The position numbers and the translations under genes are program-made. The notes beneath the pieces were generated by a model. The model was not told where the DNA came from. It saw only the letters and a list, made by a program, of their open reading frames with translations, and ran no database searches. From the NCBI GenBank assembly GCA_964016885.1, contig OZ024740.1, positions 372,620,001 to 372,684,000 of the forward strand: DNA of 64,000 nucleotides, written 5' to 3'. Of this stretch, positions 1 to 16,276 are shown in pieces. This DNA comes from Eledone cirrhosa (taxonomy: Eukaryota). Each line of letters starts with the position of its first letter. Within the stretch, counting starts at the first letter, position 1.

Positions 1-767
1 TACAATAAAATGAAAAAAAAAAAATAAAACAGAAAATAAAATAAAGGAATTTTTCTAAAGTGAAAACCAAAATAAGGTATTTAACAAAAGTAAAAACAGA
101 ATTTAAAAAAATGTGAAACGGTAAATTTGTCGGGCCTTTCATTTAATACTAATTCCCACATTTCACTTACTATACGTGTATTCATTATGGTGGCGAGAGT
201 ATTGGTAATCTGTAAGGCGAAACATGCCGACAATACGTATGTCTTTCATTGACGAGGAACTAGGATAAAAGACCAAGTTACAGTGTAGTGGAATCGAACT
301 TCAGTCACCTGTTTGTGCATGAACTATATCTTCTATTTTGCAAACAAATTCATTACTTAAGCTTTATGTTCAATAAGTGATGAATTCCATTTTAATTCAA
401 TAGCATGTTGTATTTTAAATTATAAAATCATTTTGGTATGGTTGAGACGTACGTTATGCACCTGTAATAATAGTGTTGCCATAGCTATATTAGATTTTAA
501 GACTATAATGCTCACATTCTCTGAACGTAACTGTAAAGTTTAATTGATATAAGGGTTTCTCTTTCTCTATACCTAATTTATAAACTTGTGAAAGATACTT
601 GCGTCTGAACAGGTGACACCTAATATAACTAAGTATAGCTGTTTATTTTGACAACATACTTCATGTAATGTGACTTAAGTTGGAACAGGTCTAGTGCATG
701 CACACACACAAAAACGCATACACATTCACGGACACAAATTCACACCTATATACGCACATATATACAT

Positions 768-825
<58 letters not shown>

Positions 826-831
826 GCGCGC

Positions 832-862
<31 letters not shown>

Positions 863-1287
863 TGTGTGTACATGCATACATACATACATATATATATACA
901 AAAAGGCGTTATGTTATAAGTGAATCATGGCATCTGTCATTTCGTTGAGGTCATCTTCGCTCTTTTCCCTATCTGGTCGATAAATTAAGTAGAATATGCA
1001 CTACAGTATTTGGTAGGATGCATTGCGACCACTCTCTCAGACAGCAATGAGTAATGTGCAATAGTATGTGTTGATCGAAAGCACATGTGTGCATGTGTGT
1101 GTATATGTGTGTTGTTTCTGTGTGTTGTTTCTGTGTGTGTATGCCTGTATAGATATACGTGGCTCACAGCAGCCCCTGTCTCCTTTCTTCCGTTTTCAGA
1201 TGCATTCAACCAAATTTTCTCGATAAGGGCAAAATTGTTGCTAAGAGATCTAGTGTCATAATATGCATTTCAGAATCATTATTACGA

Positions 1288-1406
1288 ATGAGTTCAAATC
1301 CCGCCGAGATTAACTTTGCCTTTCATCCTTACGGGGTTGATAAAATAAAGTACCAGTAATGCACTGGATAATTGCTGGCCTTGTGCCTAAAGTAGAAACA
1401 ATTATT
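1288..1406 (+). mobile_element. tRNA-derived SINE family A, 5'-truncated
   Basis: GAGTTCAAATCCCGCCGAG..TAACTTTGCCTTTCATCCTTACGGGG..GATAAAATAAAGTACCAGT..GGCCTTGTGCC..AGTAGAAACAATTATT is shared with at least nine other copies in the window. Confidence 0.9.
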
Positions 1407-4400
1407 ACGAATGTAGAGCCAGTTGTCAAGAATCTGTTCCCCACAAATCACAGCATATCTTGCCATCTACGCAATATGCTATTTTAGGTGAAGTATACGG
1501 AGTCTGGTTATTATTGATCAAAGGGAACGGAATTCCTACAACAAGACGTCATTTTCGGGGTGTATTGATGAACTGGGCTCAATAAATGACAGTTCCTTAT
1601 CATTGGATTTACATAGAAGAGCACAGACATTATTTATTGTTTTTAATAGATATAATCTTGTCGGCTAGGCACAAGCATGTTCCTTACCTGTGTGGGGGGT
1701 ACTGTTAACATACAGGCCAAAGAGATACCGAGAGTATTTTGTCCGCGGCTCTAATATTCATGCCAATTTACAGAATTCGTTTTCCATCGCATTGGCACCT
1801 CTTCATCATACGTACGTATGCTTGTCTACCAACATTTATCCATATCTATTTCTTTGTGGTTTCATTAAACCTAATATTAGGTGGTACCTACCGTATATTG
1901 ATTTCGCACATATATTATACTAATGTTTATAAATACTTGGCGTGAGACACATATAGTTCATATAATTGTTATTATTCTATTTTTATCTTTGACTCGCATT
2001 CGGTTGCGATAGCATTTCTCCCAGATCCCTATTTACTTTACTCTCACTTCCGTTCTGCCCTCCTCCTCTGATGTAATTCTGTGTATATCTCTTTAATTTT
2101 TGTGCCCTGTTCATCCTATCCTCTCGATCATTCCTTCATTTACATAAAACCCCCGTTCATTCTAATGCCAGGACTCACATGATGCTCTTGCTAGCTCCAA
2201 ATACTTTATCTTAACTAGCTTCACTCCAACACAAATCACATCACCCCGCATATTACCCACCCTGTCTTTTTCTATTCTCTTTACATATAAACTAGTCTAT
2301 ATTAATCTTTTACCTTTTTATTTTCTCATTTGTATTTCAGATAGTTATTATACTCATTACTCCTCCCTCATCCATAAAGGTCAGATGTTCAAAACATTTA
2401 CACTTTTGTCCTTCACAACAAATCAACTCAATGTTTTTCCACCTAAGCCACACTATCAACGAATATAATGAATATGATTGTTTATTGTTATTAAAAAACA
2501 GATATTGTATATATGTGTAATTAATGCTGTATATCAGTATGAAGCTTAGCCAGAATTCTGCTGAATATTGTTCACATTATCACAGCAATGAATATTGAAT
2601 AGATGGCATTTCAAATTTCGTTTATATATTCATGTATATGTGGAAAAGTTTTGATTTATTCTTTACGCTTTAATAATTATTGGTTTCTTACTTGGCACAA
2701 TACCAAATTCTGTTGTGTAGTTTTGTTTGAAATCTGATTATAGGGGATTTATGTATTGGAACGTCTTTGAACAGGAAACAGGAAAATTGAAATAAGAATA
2801 CATTGAAACTGATCACTATATTCATTATATTTTGAGTGTCGTTATTAATAGATATTAAAAAAATATCTTACATTGACAAAAGTACACTTGTTGTGAGGAA
2901 GGATTCTAATAGTTTGTATTGTCCACTTCTCATAACTGCTACTCATTTAATCAATATTTGAAACGAGGAAACACAGAGTCGACTATTGGGAAACATTTGC
3001 ATTATACAAAATGTCACAAATCTCAATAATGATTGTAGACTGATGATCTCTCTGCTCAACAATATACAGAGGAATATAAAAGGAATACGATACTGTTCTT
3101 GACATTAAAAAAATATTTTTTTCTTTCCTTTTTTAAAATGAACATTACAATTTACATAAGTGATGATATCCAACTAAAATATTTAACACATGTATGAGGT
3201 TGAGTCAGTGAAGGTACTGTTTTCATTGAACGTTCGAAACTAACATATATGTGATATAGTCCATACATACGTAATAAATTATAATGGCATTGTTGAGGAA
3301 AATATCGCCAGAATACAAAGCACCGTATAGCCATAGAGATTACACTCATTCTTTCAAATATAACCCTAGAATAAATGAACTTTTATGAATCGAAGCGTGA
3401 ATTCAGAGTAATGAAAAGCAAATAATATGGAAGTATCATTTTAAGGGATTTATAAACGATGTCGAGTGAGCCGTTTTTGCACGCTCTCATAATTTCTGAT
3501 CAGCAAATTATTAAATCCCATGTTGTAGCTTTTTTCATTGCAATGAAGCATTTGATCGATAAGGTTATGCTGGATGACCAAACCATTTTCTAGTTGGCCT
3601 TGACCAGGAAAAGGATTAGGCCTTATCTGGACATCTTCCATTCAATCTGCTAATTCTGTCTGAAAATATAGATATGTATGCTGTGGCTCTTTGTACAGTG
3701 GAAGCGTGCATGAATAACAGAACTGGAAAGCGCCTGATACACCAACAGATATGTTAGCAGTTCATATGCAATATACAGTTTTATTTCTTATTATTTACTA
3801 AAGAATATTATATATAACAATGTAATGACTTTCGGCAAAGTATATGATTTTATATCAGATTACACACTTGCAATCCAAGTATAGTATATATGTACGATTA
3901 AGTATGATGAGTCAAAATGTTTTTTGCTTCAATGAAAGGACATGTTGCTACAAAACAGAAACTCATGTGTATTTATAGAAAGTAATTATGCATTTAGAAA
4001 TATATACGGCGCTTAGAAGACGAACAGACCGACGAAAGGTATTACATGATCGCCAAATATTTCAAGCTGATTCACGAAGATGATATATCACATAAATTGC
4101 TATCATGAAAATGTAATGCTATTCAAATAAAATCCTGTGTGAAATATAAATAAATACGTTAACATTGGCTGCTGAAGTACAAAACCAATTTAGATAGAAC
4201 AATGGAAAACCAAACAATTTTAATATAATTAAAGGCATCACTTTCAACTAACTAAATTTTCTTAGGTGCTGAAATATATTCGATTGTATAAACATAAACT
4301 ATATTGTAATGAATGTCGAATAAAATTTGGGACTATTAAATTAATTTACTTGCTTAACATCATGTTGATGTCATTTAAATTTCTTTATAACATAAATTAA

Positions 4401-4696
4401 ATAATTTCTCATAAAATTTGCATTCTCTCATTTTTAGTAGTACGTCTACATAAAAACTGAACAACAGTTGCATGAAAATGAAACTTAAATGTGTGTATGG
4501 ACGCATCAGTGAAAGTACATGACAATAAATAAGGGAGTACATGACTTTAAATTTAAGCATAGGTCAATATCACGTCATATATTTACACATATAGACCCTA
4601 ATGCATCTGCACTGAAAACATATATACACATACACTATCGAAAAATAGTTTAAAAATTGGGGCATATAAGGACAATTTACGGATGAAAATGCACAT

Positions 4697-4768
4697 TGGC
4701 GCCAGTGGGATTCGAACCTACACCATCATGCTTGATGGCCTGAAATGCTATGATTACACCAAAGTACC
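4697..4768 (-). pseudogene. tRNA-like pseudogene or isolated SINE head (72 nt)
   Basis: Reverse complement GGTACTTTGGTGTAATCATAGCATTTCAGGCCATCAAGCATGATGGTGTAGGTTCGAATCCCACTGGCGCCA has an A-box-like TGGTGTAAT and a B-box GGTTCGAATCC. The acceptor, T and anticodon stems contain mismatches, so the isotype cannot be assigned. Confidence 0.6.
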
Positions 4769-4925
4769 ACCACATTTTATTCTGTTATTTAAAGATATCT
4801 ATATATAGCGAGATATAAACAAAGGTTCATACTCATATACAGCTAGCATCAAACAGAAAAGATTATTCAGCTACGTAGGCATTACTCGGACAGTTAAAGT
4901 GCATATTGTTGAAATTTGAGGTTGT

Positions 4926-6969
4926 AATGGGAACATGATGACCGTAGGGTTAATACCTAATGGGGACATGAAGACCGTAGGGTTAATACCTAATGGGGAC
5001 ATGATGACCGTAGGGTTAATACCTAATGGGGACATGATAACCGTAGGTTTAATACCTAATGGGAACATGATTACCGTAGGGTTAATACCTAATGGGGACA
5101 TGATGACCGTAGGGTTAATACCTAATGGGGACATGATGACAGTAGGGATAATACCTAATGGGAACATGATGACAGTAGGGATAATACCTAATGGGAACAT
5201 GATGACCGTAGGGTTAATACCTAATGGGGACATGAAGACCGTAGGGTTAATACCTAATGGGGACATGATGACCGTAGGGTTAATACCTAATGGGGACATG
5301 ATAACCGTAGGGTTAATACCTAATGGGGACATGATAACCGTAGGGTAAATACCTAATGAGAACATGATGACCGTAGGGTTAATACCTAATGGGGACATGA
5401 AGACCGTAGGGTTAATACCTAATGGGGTCATGATAACCGTAGGGTTAATACCTAATGGGAACATGATGACCGTAGGGTTAATACCTAATGGGGACATGAT
5501 AACCCTAGGGTTAATACCTAATGGGAACATGATGACCGTAGGGTTAATACCTAATGGGAACATGATGACCGTAGGGATAATACCTAATGGGGACATGATG
5601 ACCGTAGGATTAATACCTAATGGGAACATGATGACCGTAGGGTTAATATCTAATGGGGACATGATGACCGTAGGGTTAATACCTAATGGGAACATGATGA
5701 CCGTAGGGATAATATCTAATGCGGACATGATGACCGTAGGGTTAATACCTAATGGGGACATGATGACCGTAGGGATAATAACTAATGGGAACATGATGAC
5801 CGTAGGGTTAATACCTAATGGGAACATGATGACTGTAGGGTTAATACCTAATGGGAACATGATTACCGTAGGGGTAATATCTAATGGGGACATGAAGACC
5901 GTAGGGTTAATACCTAATGGTGACATGATGACCGTAGGGTTAGTATCTAATGGGAACATGATGACCGTAGGCTTAATACCTAATGGGGACATGATGACCA
6001 TAGGGTTAATACCTAATGGGGACATGATTACCGTAGGGTTAATACCTAATGGGAACATGATGACCGTAGGGTTAATACCTAATGGGGACATGATGACCGT
6101 AGGTTTAATACCTAATGGGAACATGATGACCGTAGGGTTAATATCTAATGGGGACATGATGACCGTAGGGTTAATACCTAATGGGGACATGATGACCGTA
6201 GGGATAATAACTAATGGGAACATGATGACCGTAGGGTTAATACCTAATGGGAACATGATGACCGTAGGGTTAATACCTAATGGGAACATGATTACCGTAG
6301 GGGTAATATCTAATGGGGACATGAAGACCGTAGGGTTAATACCTAATGGGGACATGATGACCGTAGGGTTAATATCTAATGGGAACATGATGACCGTAGG
6401 GTTAATACCTAATGGGGACATGATGACCGTAGGGTTAATACCTAATGGGGACATGATGACCGTAGGGTTAATACCTAATGGGAACATGATGACCGTAGGG
6501 TTAATACCTAATGGGAACATGATGACCGTAGGGTTAATATCTAATGGGAACATGATGACCGTAGGGTTAATACCTAATGGGGAGATGAAGACCGTAGGGT
6601 TAATACCTAATGGGGACATGATGACTGTAGGGTTAATACCTAATGGGGACATGATGACCGTAGGGTTAATACCTAATGGGGACATGATGACCGTAGGGTT
6701 AATACCTAATGGGAACATGATGACCGTAGGGTTAATACCTAATGGGGACATGATGACCGTAGGGTTAATACCTAATGGGAACATGATGACCGTAGGGTTA
6801 ATACCTAATGGGAACATGATGACCGTAGGGTTAATACCTAATGGGGAGATGATGACCGTAGGGTTAATACCTAATGGGGACATGATGACTGTAGGGTTAA
6901 TATCTAATGGGGACATGATGACCGTAGGGTTAATACCTAATGGGGACATGATGACCGTAGGGTTAATAC
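4926..6969. repeat. 33-bp minisatellite, about 62 units, consensus GGGGACATGATGACCGTAGGGTTAATACCTAAT
   Basis: Directly visible tandem unit. The 11-codon period explains the long MSPLGINPTVI and MMTVGLIPNGD ORFs on both strands. Confidence 0.98.
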
Positions 6970-7486
6970 GTAAGAGTATGAATAATCACAGTTATATTAA
7001 TCTTGCTGGTGAGATTAATGGACAAGGCTCATTCATCATTTCGTTGTAATAGATGACCTAAATGGGAATGTAGGAAATAGTAGCTAGTCTAGGGAGACTT
7101 CAGTAATAGTAAGACATTTCTTCTGAATATTGTTATATAGTTTAACAGTCGAGAAATGTAACAAAATTACTGAGAATGCAGATACACAAACTATAGAAAA
7201 CTATAGAGAAGTGAATTAATATGGAAGCCGGAAAATGTCACTTTATACACATATTTGGGGGCAGAAGGATATAACATTGAGTGGAGGTTCTGAGAATTCA
7301 AATGAGAAATAGATCACCACAAAGAACATTAGATCATCACAATAACAAGAGTACAGTTGTACCATTAACACATTTGAAGAGTTTAACTAATGCTCTCAAT
7401 CTCTTTATATTCGTTTCCACCTTTCTTTCTCTCATTTCTCACTGTCATTCTTTCTCTGCAATTGTGTGATCCCTTGAATACGTTGC

Positions 7487-7542
<56 letters not shown>

Positions 7543-7562
7543 TGTGTGTGTGTGTGTGTGTC

Positions 7563-7638
<76 letters not shown>

Positions 7639-9850
7639 TGTGTGTGTGCTTGTGTATGTGTGTGAGTACGCATAAATTTCCTATATTTCTAAACCAATGT
7701 GATATTTTATAATTTAGGGTTATATCATACTCCATATACTAATTTTTACTGTTACAATGTAAATTATAAACTCGACAATTCGTGTGACTAAATGCCACGA
7801 ATTTGTATTGAAATATTATATTTGTACCTTTGCCAATATTTGTACATTTGATATTCTATTTAATCTTCAGAAACTCCGCGGGTCCCAGAGCATTGCGCTT
7901 AACATTGAGTGAGTCGAAAAATTAAAATGGTAAAAGCCATAAATCATAAGATATGAAACTTTTATTATCGCTAAGACTCTTAACCGAATTGATTTTGTAT
8001 ATCGCAGAGGCATAATATTTAATTTTATTTCAGTTCTTATTGCAAATACCAATTTAAAGTTTAAATTTTCCATGTCTTATTCTTGTCAAAGTGTAAAACA
8101 TATATCAATATAGCACATTTCATATCCGTTTTTAATTACAAACACAAAATGTATAAGCTTAGTTAAAATTCGCTTTTTTTTAAACCATTGAAATATAGTT
8201 TTCTGAAATGTCTACAAGAGGAATAAAATTCAATTTCAACATATTTTATACTGCTTTTATTTCTGTGTCTATTGGACCCGAATAATCTAAATATCAGTTT
8301 ACATTCACTTTCCATTCCAAACTTTCAATTTCCATATTGTGTCATCATAGACAGGTGAAACAACGTCAAAATTATACTGATATATATTTTTGCGCTAGTG
8401 TTCGATTACTCAAATGTTTTCGCTTTCATATCTGGTGCTGTATTTGCATATAGTAAAACCTTCAGGTCGACTAATTTAAACATATTTAATATGGAGCTTT
8501 AGCAATGCAAATTATATGCATGTTTATGCAACAGCTTCTAGAACACGAGCTTGTATCCCTTTTGATGAAAGTCATTAAGGTTTTGGCTACCGGGTTATAT
8601 CTTTAAAGTAGCCTGGTTATAGAAACACAGTAACTCATGATTCCGCCTAATTTAGTAGATGTTCGAAACTTTTAAGTGGTTCGAAATGCTGCCTTGATGG
8701 CTGCAGAAACGTGATTGTTCGTTTAAACAGTGTGCCCAAATGTTTTAGAGTACGGAATATTAATTGTTTCTTTTAATATTAACTATTCAGTTCATTCACG
8801 TATATGCTAAATGTACATGTTCTGGGTGTTAAACAAACCACAATATACAGTAATTTCAAACGTATGCCTTTTTATACCGGATATATGGCATAATACCCAT
8901 ATTTTTGCCATGTCATTAAATCCTTTAAACATAAGAGTGTAACAAATGTTTTCATCTTACAAATATAACTCACATTCCCGGAAAATTTAGCTTTCAAATT
9001 CTATTTGACTAAGATCTGTAACATCATAAGTACTGTGAAACTAACAGGTATAGTGAAACCAATATAGTCTCGTAGCTTCTAAATCTCGAAAACAAGGTAA
9101 TGATTGTTAAATGGGCAAAGTCGAATGTTGAAACACTTCTAGTAGGCTTTCAAGCATGTGAAATATATCAACGCTTTGCATTCTACGGCTAGAAAAATGT
9201 TTCTTTTATTTCTGCCGTTCGGCAGAAATATTTTATAAATGCCATGCTTTGATATGTGAGTGCATTCTGGAGTTGTTTTCGTTGTATATTAGCTTCGGAA
9301 ATCTTCATTTATTTAACCGTAGGTGAAAACGGTTCTGCTTTTATTGTTTGTGTATATCTTTAATAAAGATAAGGATAATGTTGTTATTTTGTTGTTGCAT
9401 TTAGATGCATTTTTAAAAACCCAATTGAAATAGGTTTATTCATATTTCTACAACCCAATAAATTCGCAAAAATATAAATTATAGCTCTGGCATGTAGCTG
9501 ATTTTAAGATTCAGCTGTTCAAAACATAATTGTATTGTTGCGAATGATAATATCAGAAAGATCGTATTTTACAAAATCTGAGGTGAAAAGTTGACAATAT
9601 TATTTAGTGCATTGTAATCGGCTCTTTAACGTCTAAGCTGCCGTATGATGTTCCAGGGAATGTACTGTCACTTGTTATTCTTGTGTCGTTTCTGGCGGTA
9701 GCACAGTACATTTTTCGTGTTACAGAATATCGGACGTTGACCTGATAATCAAATATTACATACTACATTAAAATAATCAATTTTACAATATTGAATTTGA
9801 AATGTGCGTTGCTTATTTGCACTTATTAATAGATAGATAGTATCGATGAA

Positions 9851-10030
9851 CTGGCAGTATCGGTAGAGGGTCGGACGCAATGCTTTGACGCATAGAGTTA
9901 CGGCCCTTGACTTTCTGAGTTCAAATCCCGCTGAGGTTAACTTTGCCTTTCATCCTTAAAGAGGTCGATAAAATAAAGTACCAGTAATGCACTGGGTAAT
10001 TGCTGGCCTTGTGCCAAAAAGTAGAAACAT
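9851..10030 (+). mobile_element. SINE family A, near full length
   Basis: TGGCAGTATCGGTAG A-box-like head, GAGTTCAAATCC B-box and the same body and tail as the other copies. Confidence 0.9.
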
Positions 10031-10031
10031 T

Positions 10032-11348
<1,317 letters not shown>

Positions 11349-11415
11349 TACGTGCATAACCTAAAATTTTGATTTTGTTTTACCTTTTCAGGTTTATGGA
11401 AAACATTTCTTATAT

Positions 11416-11479
<64 letters not shown>

Positions 11480-11500
11480 GTATGTATATGTATACATATG

Positions 11501-11562
<62 letters not shown>

Positions 11563-11579
11563 TAGATAGATATATATAT

Positions 11580-12272
<693 letters not shown>

Positions 12273-12546
12273 TAGGAGAGGAAAAACTGAAATCAAGTAT
12301 ATGGAAAACAAAAAGAGAAAAATACATCATCGATAATATCAGAACATGTCACAATTAGGCTTCCACAAACCCATTAATTAATTGTATAATTAAGTAATTA
12401 GTTAATTGATAAACAATCAGAACTTAACTATAACCTTCACGTGTTAGTTATGGACACAATAGCTTACGAAATTTGCTACAAGCCATGATTACACATTAAA
12501 CTGCACAACAAATACGGAAAACAGCCGCCTAACCCGGCATTATCAT

Positions 12547-13366
12547 ATTGGCAGTATCGGTAGAGTGTCGGACGCCATCTTTTGACGTATAGAGTTACGG
12601 CCCTTGCCATTCTGAGTTCAAATCCCGCCGAGGTTAACTTTGCCTTTCATCCTTACGGGGTCGATAAAATAAAGTACCAGTAATGCACTGGCTAATTCCT
12701 GGCCTTGTGCCAATAGTAGAAACAATTATCATATTGGTGGATTAGCAGTAATAAGGCTGTAGACTGGCAATATCGGTAGAGGGTCGGACACCATGCTTTG
12801 ACGCATAGAGTTACTGCCCTTGCCATTCTGAGCTCAAATCCCGCCGAGGTTAACTTTGCCTTTCATCCTTACGGGGTCGATAAAATAAAGTACCAGTAAT
12901 GTACTGGCTAATTGCTGACCTTGTGCCAAAAGTAGAAACATTTATTATATTGGTGGATTGGCAGTATCGGTAGAGAGTCGGACACCATGCTTTGCAGCAT
13001 AGAGTTATGGCTCGTTATGGTCTGAGTTCAAATCCCGCCGAGGTTAACTTTGTCTTTCATCCTTACGGGGAGGATAAAATAAAGCACCAGTAATGCACTG
13101 GGGTAGATTTAATCGACTTTCCCCTCCCCTTCAAATTACTGGCCTTGTGCTTACACTAGAAATCATTATCATATTGGTGGATCGGCAGTATCTGTAGAGA
13201 GTAGGACGCCATGCGTTGCAGCATAGAGTTATGGCCCTTCATGATCTGAGTTCAAATCCCGCCGAGGTTAACTTTGCCTTTCATCCTTACGGAGTCAATA
13301 AAAGAAAGCCCCAGTAATACACTGGGATAATTGCTAGCCTTGTGCCAAAAGTAGAAGCAATTATCA
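12547..13366 (+). mobile_element. Head-to-tail array of four SINE family A copies
   Basis: Units start near 12547, 12763, 12957 and 13181, joined by ATTATCATATTGGTGGAT-like linkers. Unit 3 keeps an internal segment (gggtagatttaatcgactttcccctccccttcaa) missing from the others. Confidence 0.92.
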
Positions 13367-14437
13367 TAATCGCCTTCATCTGCGTCATCATCGTCGTTTT
13401 GATCGTGTTGAAAATTATAACTACAATTATGTATTTAACATCCATATTAATCGTGTTGATCACGTTTGTTTCCCTTTTAAAAACCAGTTTCATTTAATCT
13501 GTCTTTAATATGATGTATTATGTGATTTTAATTTGCTGATATAAGTTCCACGACATATAGTTCGATAAATCTTGTCAATTGAAGCTTGATGTAATACTTT
13601 CACTATAGCAGAGAAAGTTTTCAACTATTCTCTAGCAAATCAGGTACAAATCAGGTCTTTTTGTTTTCTTGACTGTCAATCATTGCTACCTTATAGAATA
13701 TTTATAATTTCAAATAATGAGTGCACCTTCACCTATACTTATTTCGTTTCATAAAACTTAAAAAAGAGACATACCAAACTATAATATAGATTTTTCACAG
13801 AGTGACAATGCCAAACTTTGAAAAATCAACTGTCAAATTGATTTAGTTTAACCTCAGTGCAGGTTTCGTTCATATTTTATCGAGGCAGAAAAACGAAAGG
13901 CAAGACAAACAACATTTGTATTTGATTACATAATGCTTAAATAGTAGTAATGGTAGATCGAAGACAAATACTAGATTTCATGAAGTATGTAATCCGGAAA
14001 AAGAAGAAATTGTATTATTCCACCATCATTCTCCATGAAAATCATTTCTTCTGCCGGAACAAGACCATAGATATTTGCAAAAACGGACAGGTAATAATAA
14101 TAATAAAAATACTACTTTAGTGGTTGTTATTTTATCAACCTTATGAAAGGTGACATTAAAATCTATAAATGCTTATATTTGTACATATATATGTCCATAC
14201 ACTCAATACAATCACACGCACACACAACCCATATATACACAAGTACACACGCACTCACAATCACAAAACATATCAGCATCGCCTCAGTAATTGAACATGG
14301 AACACGTATTGAATGATAGAATATCTATATAAATGCATACCCTCTCTCTCTATCTGTTTCCCACAAACACACACACATACACATTTATATATTTATATAC
14401 ATAAGTGACATTCCATAGGTTATGATGTCATGTTAAT

Positions 14438-14640
14438 TTGCACGATAAATGGAATAGCTTGCTTTGGAAATTAACGTGTAAGTGGCTCCGCATTCCACAG
14501 TAAAGCGTACACAGGTTGTGATATGGCTGAGCTGATCGGAGCAATGGGAAATACAGTCTTGCTCAAGGACACAACGTGCCAGTCGGAAATCGAACTCACG
14601 ACCTTACGGTGTGAGCCAAATACCATAATCCCAAAACAAC
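14438..14640 (-). mobile_element. tRNA-derived SINE family B
   Basis: Minus strand has the B-box GAGTTCGATTTCC followed by GTTGTGTCCTTGAGCAAGAC. The 3' body resembles 59850-59925. Confidence 0.7.
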
Positions 14641-14675
14641 ATTACATTACACACACACGCGCATATATATATATG

Positions 14676-14715
<40 letters not shown>

Positions 14716-14803
14716 GTATATATGTATATATATATATACACATTTTTATATATATATTTATTATAAATATATATATATATATACGTACATACATATATAT
14801 ATA

Positions 14804-14859
<56 letters not shown>

Positions 14860-15268
14860 GTGAGTGGTGTCTCTGGTGCATGTGTATTTGAAGTTGTTTG
14901 AGTTAAATTTGCCTATATTCTATATTTGCAGGCACACATTTAAATTTCCATATTACAAATTTACAGATTTCTCAACAATTTTTACACAACAATAAGGGAT
15001 CTACAATTATATACAAGATAGGGAAATATGTTTCTATCAATTTTTATTTTATGTTTCTTCATGATATTTACGACTATGTTATACAGCTCTATGTGTAGAA
15101 CTTCACTGTATAATTATTTATCCTGGAATTATTAAAATATAACCTATGCTAAGCGTCTTTTTATTTTTTGTGTTTCATTACAAAGAAAGGTGCTTAGTAA
15201 AAACAAATAACATTGCAATGTGCGAAGTAATTAAGATGTATATAAAGAGCATTATATATATATATATA

Positions 15269-15329
<61 letters not shown>

Positions 15330-15370
15330 AGTATATATATATACATATAAATGTATATATATATATATAA

Positions 15371-15477
<107 letters not shown>

Positions 15478-15485
15478 CATTTATT

Positions 15486-15520
<35 letters not shown>

Positions 15521-15522
15521 GC

Positions 15523-15590
<68 letters not shown>

Positions 15591-15687
15591 ATATATATAT
15601 ATACACTTATACGTGTACAAACATACATAAGTTTACAAACATGCGGTTGTGCAGTTGGCATAACCAGAAAGGAGGGATGTAACTTAC

Positions 15688-15797
15688 TTATTGTACAGTA
15701 AAATATCAGGGCGCCAAATATCACTAAAGGGAAGGCGGATGACGGACACATTGCCATATTTGATTGGATCCCATTGCAGCTTGTAATCGATCCAGTT
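15688..15797 (-). CDS. Internal exon of a nicotinic acetylcholine receptor-like (Cys-loop ligand-gated ion channel) subunit, extracellular domain including loop A
   Basis: Minus strand reads ttttctgcttttcag|AACTGG...TACAATAA|gtaagt. The 110 nt translate to [36 protein letters not shown](N), matching the nAChR W-D-L-W-P-Y-G...IWxPDIxLYN signature. Length and phase (0/2) match the conserved nAChR exon. Not in the ORF track. Confidence 0.95.
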
Positions 15798-16083
15798 CTG
15801 AAAAGCAGAAAAAATTGTGCGCTGTTAATATCTCAAAAATATATTAAAAGTATCTAGCACCTTTCATTTTACCGAAACTATCAATATCTAAAAGAACGTC
15901 AGCACCGATGAATTTTCTCCTCTTATATATATGTATATATATATAAGTATTGGAGTTTCCGTTGAAAATTGAAAAAATCATAGGAGTGAAGAGTGCTCTA
16001 TGTAAGTTACAGAGCTTATATATATATATATATATAAAGAATGAATAATAACAGGTAGACATAAAAAGGTAATTTATTCCGTG

Positions 16084-16195
16084 TGCTTACAAGTGTTTCC
16101 ACGGTGGTACTGCAGCCTAGTTATGCTACGTGCAAATTCACAAGTACTTGCAGAACTCAAATATCCAATGCTGTGACCCCTGTTTCCTCAGAGCA
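16084..16195 (-). ncRNA. Putative hammerhead ribozyme with long, imperfect stem II
   Basis: TGCT-CTGAGGA-(long stem II)-GAAA-CACTTG-TA-AGCA, inside a short insertion between (TA)n tracts. Confidence 0.5.
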
Positions 16196-16209
16196 GATAT
16201 ATATATATA

Positions 16210-16272
<63 letters not shown>

Positions 16273-16276
<4 letters not shown>

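Noticed and set aside
3450-3660. 63-aa ORF behind a minus-strand splice acceptor
   Set aside because: No recognisable similarity, and all frames close quickly after the acceptor. It is unsupported as coding.
4480-4611. Candidate next nAChR exon (ttttcag|TGCAGATGCA.., would continue N-ADALGSICVNI)
   Set aside because: The acceptor and phase fit, but a stop follows after 11 codons and there is no convincing Cys-loop. It could only be a micro-exon or chance match; RNA-seq is needed.
4926-6969. CRISPR-like array
   Set aside because: Units are contiguous with no unique spacers, there are no cas genes and the context is eukaryotic.
4871-7049. 692-aa and 561-aa repetitive ORFs
   Set aside because: They are products of a 33-bp stop-free tandem unit, open on both strands, with no non-repetitive domain or supporting splice context.
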